A stretch of 64,000 nt of DNA from a virus (lineage: Duplodnaviria > Caudoviricetes), in IMG/VR virus record IMGVR_UViG_2731957753_000001, positions 12,324-76,323 of that record, one strand, 5' to 3'. Position 1 is the stretch's first letter; the number at the start of each line of letters is the position of its first letter. Positions 58,501 through 64,000 of this stretch are shown piece by piece. The notes beneath the pieces were generated by a model that searched no databases, was not told the origin of the DNA, and worked only from the letters and a program-made list of their open reading frames with translations. The position numbers and the translations under genes were made by a program.

Positions 58501-60315
58501 ATATCCTGGGCGCGCCGCCAAGTCCGAGGCTCATCCTCGACGACCTCATGGTCTACGACGGGGTCGCCGGCGAGTTCAGGGTCGAGGATTTCGACGGTGG
58601 TCCGCACCTTCACCACCATCGACTGTTCCTTCAGCAACTCGTCCAGGCCCCACTTACTCACCTCATCAGCAAGGGCGGCGCGAGTCTGACTCACATGGTG
58701 CGCTTCATCCTCGCCCCACAGGAGAGCGATAGCGCCATTCGGCAGAACCTCAGATTTCGGGTAACCGCACAGGAACTCGCGGCGGACGTCGTGCGCGAGT
58801 TCCCCATTCGGGAGCCGCAACGCATACCGGATACTGACGTTGTCGCTCACCACACGACCTCGCTCACGTTCCGGGCAGCCAACGCCGCCTTGCAGAACCG
58901 CTGCTGAGTCAGGAACGGCAACCGATCCCACGGGATACGGTCGAACGCATCCCCGTAGATCGTGTCGCCGAGTTCGGCGTAGATGGCTTCCGCGGCGGCT
59001 TCGAGACCGGGATCGAACACCGATCCGTCTTTGAGGTTCACAAGTTCTCCTTGATTGATTGGGGTTAGCTTGAGACGGCGCCGGCGGCGAGGATCAGCAG
59101 CGCGACCGAGCACACCGCCAACACGACAATGAGCAGCAGTTCGCCGTACGCCTTCCGCCATTCGGTGACAGCGCGCGGGGCCGACATCACGCCGCCGCCT
59201 GTTCGGGCGCCTGATGCTCGCGGGCGCACAAGTCCCGAATGAACTCGCACTGCCAGTCCGCGAGCGCTTTACGTTCTTCCCGGTACTTGCGCCACATCTC
59301 GATCGACCGCTCCTTGTAGAGCTCCACGTTCTTCCCGTTCGGGGAATCCTGACGCCACCGCGGTATCGGCCCGATCAGCCCATACAACCGCCAGCCGTCG
59401 TAGCAGGCGGCACAGTCCGGGCACAGGCGGGACATCAGGCCGCCGCCCGATGCGGGGCGTACAAGGCCGCCCACGCGAGCACGGTCACGTGCACGCCGTA
59501 GTCGTCGTTCAATCCCGGATGAGCGAGCAGACGAGACAAGCCCTGCCCCGCGTACTCCCACGAGTAGGCGTCAGCTCCGGCGACGGTGAACGGGCCGTCA
59601 TGGTCGACCTCGATGAGGGAGAAGTCGACGTGGACGGCGGCGGGGTCGCCGGTGCGGACACAGTAGGTGCCGCGGAAGTCGGTTCCGTCCCAGTCGATGT
59701 CGATGGTCATGCGGGGGTCGGCGGGCAGCCCGAGCGCGTCCCGGACGGCGGCGGTGGTGATCTCGTTGTGACGCATGGCGGGCCCCTTTCAGGCGGCGAG
59801 CTGGTTGTTGAGGGAGTGGGGGGCGTAGACGGTGAGGTCGTCGCAGTCGCCCCATTCGGCGAGGTACCGGATGTGGTCGGGGGCGCAGTCGAGGCAGAAG
59901 TAGTGCGTGCCGCACTCCCCCGCTGTGATGACATCGACTGATACGACGGCGGAAGAAGGGCATTCGTCGCAGTGCTGCCAACGAACCGCTACCGGGACGA
60001 ACCATAGTTCGTGGCGCTGGATGCCGAACATGTCGGCGAGCCCGGTCACGCGGACGCCCACAGGTTGTCGTTGATGCTGACGCACGGCCCGCACAGCGGG
60101 GCGCGACCGATGTAGTCCCAGCCGCCGGGCCGGTAGTGCAGTTCGTGGCAGGTGTCCCCGGCCGGGTTGCCGCACCAGCAGCAGGTTTCGGTCAACGGGC
60201 CCGCCTGGTCGCAGACGGTGACGTAACCGATTTCCGGCGAGTACATGACGTCGCAGGTGTTGATGTGCCCGCAGATGGGGATCGGGGTGAGGGTCGAGAT
60301 GTCGGGGTCGATCAT
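55587..60315 (-). other. Run of ~17 small early genes driven from the promoter at ~60.4 kb
   Basis: Coupled ORFs, e.g. 55587-55967 (HGT..Y...GCRC), 56499-56882, 56882-57160, 57557-57772, 57908-58198, 58335-58850, 59435-59776, 60046-60315. Confidence 0.7.
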
Positions 60316-60371
60316 CGGATGCTCCTCGGGGATTCGGTTCTTACCGGTGCCAGCCGGTGGTGTTGCACTTG

Positions 60372-60400
60372 AGTTTAGTCACAACACTGCGGTGTAAACA
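60372..60400 (-). promoter_or_regulatory. Leftward promoter TGTTTACAC-N14-TAAACT
   Basis: Same architecture as 62566-62594. Confidence 0.65.
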
Positions 60401-60460
60401 AGGCCCAATTTCGGCGCGTCAACGAGACAGCCCTGAACGGGCGCCGGCGAGGAGGATCCG

Positions 60461-60785
60461 GGAGCTTCCGACGGAAGACGTAGGAAGCTCCGACACTTTC
60501 CGCGGAACCTCCGTGCACCCTCCGGAATTTTCCGGAGACCGTCCGGAGGGTGTCGGGAGGACGGCGGGGAACGGGCAGGAACGGCGTTCGAACGGCGTCC
60601 CGAAGGGTTCCGGAAGGGTTCGCGAAGGGTTTCGAAACCCTTCCGAAAGGGTTCGGGATTGGTGATCGAAACCGTTCGGGATTGGTGATCGGATTACCAA
60701 TCGGATTGGTAATTGACCTGCGGAAACACCGAGATACATGCGCGTGCATGTCACGTGACATGTCACGGTTTGTCACGGCGTGACA
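60461..60785. repeat. Mosaic of six short, phased direct/inverted repeat families (iteron-like)
   Basis: GGAGCTTCC IR; TCCGGA x3; ACGG x4; AAGGGTT x4 plus 1 inverted at exact multiples of 11 bp; GATTGGT x3 plus 1 inverted; TGTCACG x3 plus 2 inverted. Confidence 0.85.
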
Positions 60786-60863
60786 GCGCGAAACGCTGAG
60801 CAGTTGACTAGGCGCACGAGAGCCCCGAACCCAACACGGATCCGGGGCTCTGCGCCAGGACGA

Positions 60864-61103
60864 CTAGCTACGGCTCGCCCGACCGCCAATCAGCTGATAG
60901 CAGCGCATCCACGAAAACCCCGCAGCCGACGCAATATCCTTCCGCGGCACACCAGCATCCAACGCCGCACGAATCGCATTCTTCAACGGCTCACGAACAA
61001 TCTCTCGTCGCTCCAACAATTCGTCATCCAGGCGTCGTAATTCACGGCTCACCCCCAGTGACGCAGACTGAATCGTGCACAACAGTTCCATATTCGCGCT
61101 CAT
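60864..61103 (-). CDS. Small HTH regulator (paralog of 22949..23209)
   Basis: 'AALDAGVPRKDIASAAGFSWMRCYQL'. Confidence 0.75.
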   Translation of the reverse strand: MSANMELLCTIQSASLGVSRELRRLDDELLERREIVREPLKNAIRAALDAGVPRKDIASAAGFSWMRCYQLIGGRASRS

Positions 61104-61801
61104 GCGGCCATCTCCTCGCTAAACAACGAAATCAATTGATCCAGACCGGAGGATGTCAATTCCACTCCACCGGATTCAACTTCGTTGGCCTCCACATCCC
61201 TTACCATCCCCAAGCGCACCGATTCGAGATCGGCCCTGAGGTCACCCCACCGGTCGCGGTATACCCAACCGAACTCGCGCAGCAACTTTGTGAGCCGACG
61301 CTTGCCAGTGTCGAACCCCATGACACGTAGCTCCTGCGCCGCTTCGTCGATCCTGTAGCTATCCGCGTGAACCAGCCGTTCTCCACTGGGGGGCGTAGGA
61401 ACCTGGCGAGGCAGTTCGACGGGCATGGACTCAACCAGCTCCTCGCGCCGGCGTCGCGCCACCGTTGCGCGGGCCATGCTGAGGCGCCGAGCGCGTGTCA
61501 GCGCGGTTTCGAAGTCCACGTCCATGTATTCACGTCCGGAATCTCCGAGTCGTTTAAGTATTTCCTCGTTCGCGCGGGCGTCGGCATGGGGCATAGAAAT
61601 CCACACTCGCCCTATTTCTCGACGGTAGGCCGCGGCGTCTCGTCGATGTTGGGCAATCCTTCCGCGCGGGTCGCTTGTGATGCCCACCTTCACGCCAATC
61701 TCAAGTATCTCGACTATGTACAGGTGGTGTTCAACGCGCCGCATTATTGGTTCGTAGTCTTCGAGCGGTGCACCCGATCGAGAACGATTCTCAAGCCCCA
61801 T
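61100..61801 (-). CDS. GIY-YIG-like / KilAC antirepressor-like fusion, leaderless
   Basis: 'LYIVEILEIGVKVGITSDPRGRIAQH' plus 'YRIDEAAQEL...TGKRRLTKLLREFGWVYR'. Confidence 0.7.
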   Translation of the reverse strand: MGLENRSRSGAPLEDYEPIMRRVEHHLYIVEILEIGVKVGITSDPRGRIAQHRRDAAAYRREIGRVWISMPHADARANEEILKRLGDSGREYMDVDFETALTRARRLSMARATVARRRREELVESMPVELPRQVPTPPSGERLVHADSYRIDEAAQELRVMGFDTGKRRLTKLLREFGWVYRDRWGDLRADLESVRLGMVRDVEANEVESGGVELTSSGLDQLISLFSEEMAA

Positions 61802-61807
61802 AAAGCA

Positions 61808-61836
61808 ATTCTATTTGCTTTGTAAAACCACGAATT
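61808..61836 (-). promoter_or_regulatory. Phage-specific promoter motif, copy 5
   Basis: AATTCGTGGTTTTAC-N8-TAGAAT-N6-ATG. Confidence 0.8.
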
Positions 61837-62565
61837 TCGCAAATCTCCTGCGCGGCAACGCCGATCGGCAACCGCACGCGCAACCGGGGGTGGGCACGAG
61901 GGCCGCGACACGCCCGGCGGTCTACCCCTGCGCGCGGGAGAGCGAGTGAACGTGTGCGCATATACGCGTGCGCGGAGTGACTTGAACGCGGGCGCGCGTT
62001 ACTTAACGCAACGTGGTTGCGAAACAGACGAACACGCTGCGCGCCGATTCGTCGAGAACGGATCTCACGTCCCATAGGTGGCTGGCTGAAAGACGCCGCA
62101 AATGCATGCTGCTGCATCTTTTCCGTGACCCCTTCGGGAACTGCCGGTTTTCGACGTGGAGATTCCCCGGGCTGCTTTTGCCGCTCTTTTCGAGGTCCCT
62201 ACGGCTCTCAGCGTGGGGTCCGTGGTTCTTCCTGAGGTGACCAAACGACCGCGGGCGCGAGGCTGCGGATTTCGCGCGGGTTCGTTGCGGATTTCTCGCC
62301 GGCAACCCTGATTCGGGGCAAGGTCGGCTCAGCGTTCGAACCAGAGGGCCCCGTAATGCTTCCGTAGGACGCTCTCTCGCGGACTTTCCCCCCTTCCATG
62401 GCATCTGTGTACCCCCAAGGTGTTTCGATCGCTTAGAGAGCCGTTTACGCCATGGTTTAAACCTCACCGGGATGACGGACAGCGACACCTACCCGTCGAA
62501 CTGCCCGTTTCCCACACCCACCGCCTCGGCCGCCAAAACTTCCCCAGCATGAGTTTGCGCAAAGG

Positions 62566-62594
62566 TGTTTACACTTTGGTGTAGTTCCTATACT
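62566..62594 (+). promoter_or_regulatory. Rightward promoter TGTTTACAC-N14-TATACT
   Basis: Upstream of the + operon starting at 62651. Confidence 0.7.
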
Positions 62595-62650
62595 GTGGTG
62601 TCAACGCAGCAAACCGGCTGGCACCGGAAACCGAACCAAGGAGCACGACG

Positions 62651-63025
62651 ATGCGAAACACCCGCTACAGCGTCACCCGCGCCCAATTCGTCACCGCCGG
62701 CAAAGCCATCCGCAACCGCTACCTCCACGCCGCCTACCGCCCGACCCTCACCATCGGACTCGCAGTGCAGGCGCCCGGAACCCGCTACCGCACCGGGCTC
62801 ACCAACGTGTTCTACGGGCTCGGACGCGGACAACTGTCGAACCGCGGGCAAATGGCCGTCACCGTCACCCACGGCCGCGCCTCCCTCACCTACACCAGCG
62901 ACCAGGCCAACGGTCCCGCCGAACGCGTCATCCACGGCGACGTCCTGCTCATCGGCGACACCCTGTACCGCGTCCACTGCCCCGCCGACTACCGGGCCAC
63001 CATGCCCGCCCTCCACCGCATCTGA
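62651..63025 (+). CDS. Hypothetical protein
   Basis: AAGGAG RBS. Confidence 0.7.
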   Translation: MRNTRYSVTRAQFVTAGKAIRNRYLHAAYRPTLTIGLAVQAPGTRYRTGLTNVFYGLGRGQLSNRGQMAVTVTHGRASLTYTSDQANGPAERVIHGDVLLIGDTLYRVHCPADYRATMPALHRI

Positions 63026-63057
63026 CCCGCCCCTACGTACTCCAGGAGCAAACCAAT

Positions 63058-63423
63058 ATGACCACCTACAACATCGGCGACCTCGTCCACGCCGACGGCA
63101 CCACCTGGAAAGTCCGCAAGACCTTCACCAGCGAAATGGACGGCAGCCCCGCCGTCTCGCTCGTCGACGCCGACGACCCCAACCACGGCACCGCGTTCCG
63201 TACCTCCGTCCTCGACAAGATCGGCACACGTATCCCCCACCCCAGCAACGACCGGGCCGCAGCGGCGAATCGGCTCGCACACGTTGTCGCGGCTTACACC
63301 GGCAAACCAGACAACGAATTCGTTGTCACCGCCACCCGGAAAGCAATTCACGGGTTCGACAGCCCGGGGGTGACGTGGGGTGACCTCCGGGCGCTCCTCG
63401 CCGAGGTCCGCAACCGCGCCTGA
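63058..63423 (+). CDS. Hypothetical protein
   Basis: AGGAG RBS. Confidence 0.7.
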   Translation: MTTYNIGDLVHADGTTWKVRKTFTSEMDGSPAVSLVDADDPNHGTAFRTSVLDKIGTRIPHPSNDRAAAANRLAHVVAAYTGKPDNEFVVTATRKAIHGFDSPGVTWGDLRALLAEVRNRA

Positions 63424-63528
63424 ACCCACTGAATGGTGGTGGCTGGTTCCCGCACCAACGCTGCTGCGAGGGGACCAACGATGTTCCCCGCGCGAACCAG
63501 CCACCACACGACACGAAAGGACACGCCG

Positions 63529-63849
63529 ATGCCGATCCTGACGCGTGAAGCCATCGCCCACATCAACAGCTACTACGAGTACGCCGAACGCTGCGACGAA
63601 GCCTACTTTTACGGCCGATACGAGGACGAGAAGTATTACGGCGACCTGTCCCGCGCCGCAGAAGCGAAGGTCACCCCCGCACAGATGGACGCCTACCTCG
63701 ATGCCGGCATCCGACCGCCCTACAACGTCGGGCAGAAAACCCACGACACCCAGGTAGACGCCTACTTCGCGAGCTTCGAACCGGATCCGCCCACGTTGAA
63801 CAATGCAGTGATCGCGGGAATCCAGCACGTCACACCTGCCGGCGAATAG
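63529..63849 (+). CDS. Hypothetical Tyr-rich protein
   Basis: AAAGGA RBS; starts MPILTREA. Confidence 0.65.
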   Translation: MPILTREAIAHINSYYEYAERCDEAYFYGRYEDEKYYGDLSRAAEAKVTPAQMDAYLDAGIRPPYNVGQKTHDTQVDAYFASFEPDPPTLNNAVIAGIQHVTPAGE

Positions 63850-63855
63850 CACGTC

Positions 63856-63923
63856 GGGTCGCTCTGGTGAGTGCCGCGAATGGCGATTAGCGGCAGCAGG
63901 TTCGAATCCTGCACGACCCGCCA
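63856..63923 (+). ncRNA. tRNA-like RNA (acceptor stem, T-arm, CCA; no D-stem or anticodon loop)
   Basis: GGGTCG/CGACCC stem, GCAGG-TTCGAAT-CCTGC, G73-CCA. Confidence 0.6.
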
Positions 63924-64000
63924 ACACAGTCCCAACCTCACGAGAGGAAACCGCATGTTTTACCGACACCTGCCCGGCCCGCTCGGTGTCATCGTGGCTT

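Noticed and set aside
60375-60776. 133-aa ORF as a replication initiator
   Set aside because: Low-complexity translation of the repeats; no RBS, HTH or Rep domain
60461-60785. CRISPR array
   Set aside because: No constant 23-47-bp repeat with unique spacers; no cas genes in the window

Overview
The whole window is a temperate siphovirus of a high-GC actinomycete (Mycobacteriales; a Nocardia/Rhodococcus-like host is inferred). No host genes are visible. Read on the minus strand, the order is: early/middle genes (60.3-43.2 kb), a ~560-nt structured non-coding region plus tRNA-CAT (43.1-42.4 kb), a small late accessory operon, terS/terL, metallophosphoesterase, HNH, portal, head, tail, tape measure, minor tail and lysis genes (39.0-8.1 kb), an intact attP (3' end of tRNA-Lys with arm repeats on both sides), int/xis/repressor (+), cro, and recombination/early genes (4.6 kb to the window start). 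Because attP is intact and has phage genes on both sides, this looks like a circularly permuted or excised phage genome (or a tandem lysogen) rather than an ordinary integrated prophage. The most unusual signals are: (1) a 330-bp mosaic of six different helically phased iteron-like repeat families; (2) a tetraloop-rich candidate large ncRNA upstream of the tRNA; (3) a five-copy phage-specific promoter motif; (4) a stand-alone paralog of the tail-hub N-terminal domain; (5) a covarying two-hairpin leader shared by two HNH genes; (6) a 38-bp perfect palindrome; and (7) a 68-nt tRNA-like RNA lacking D and anticodon arms. All assignments come from reading motifs by eye; no database searches were run.
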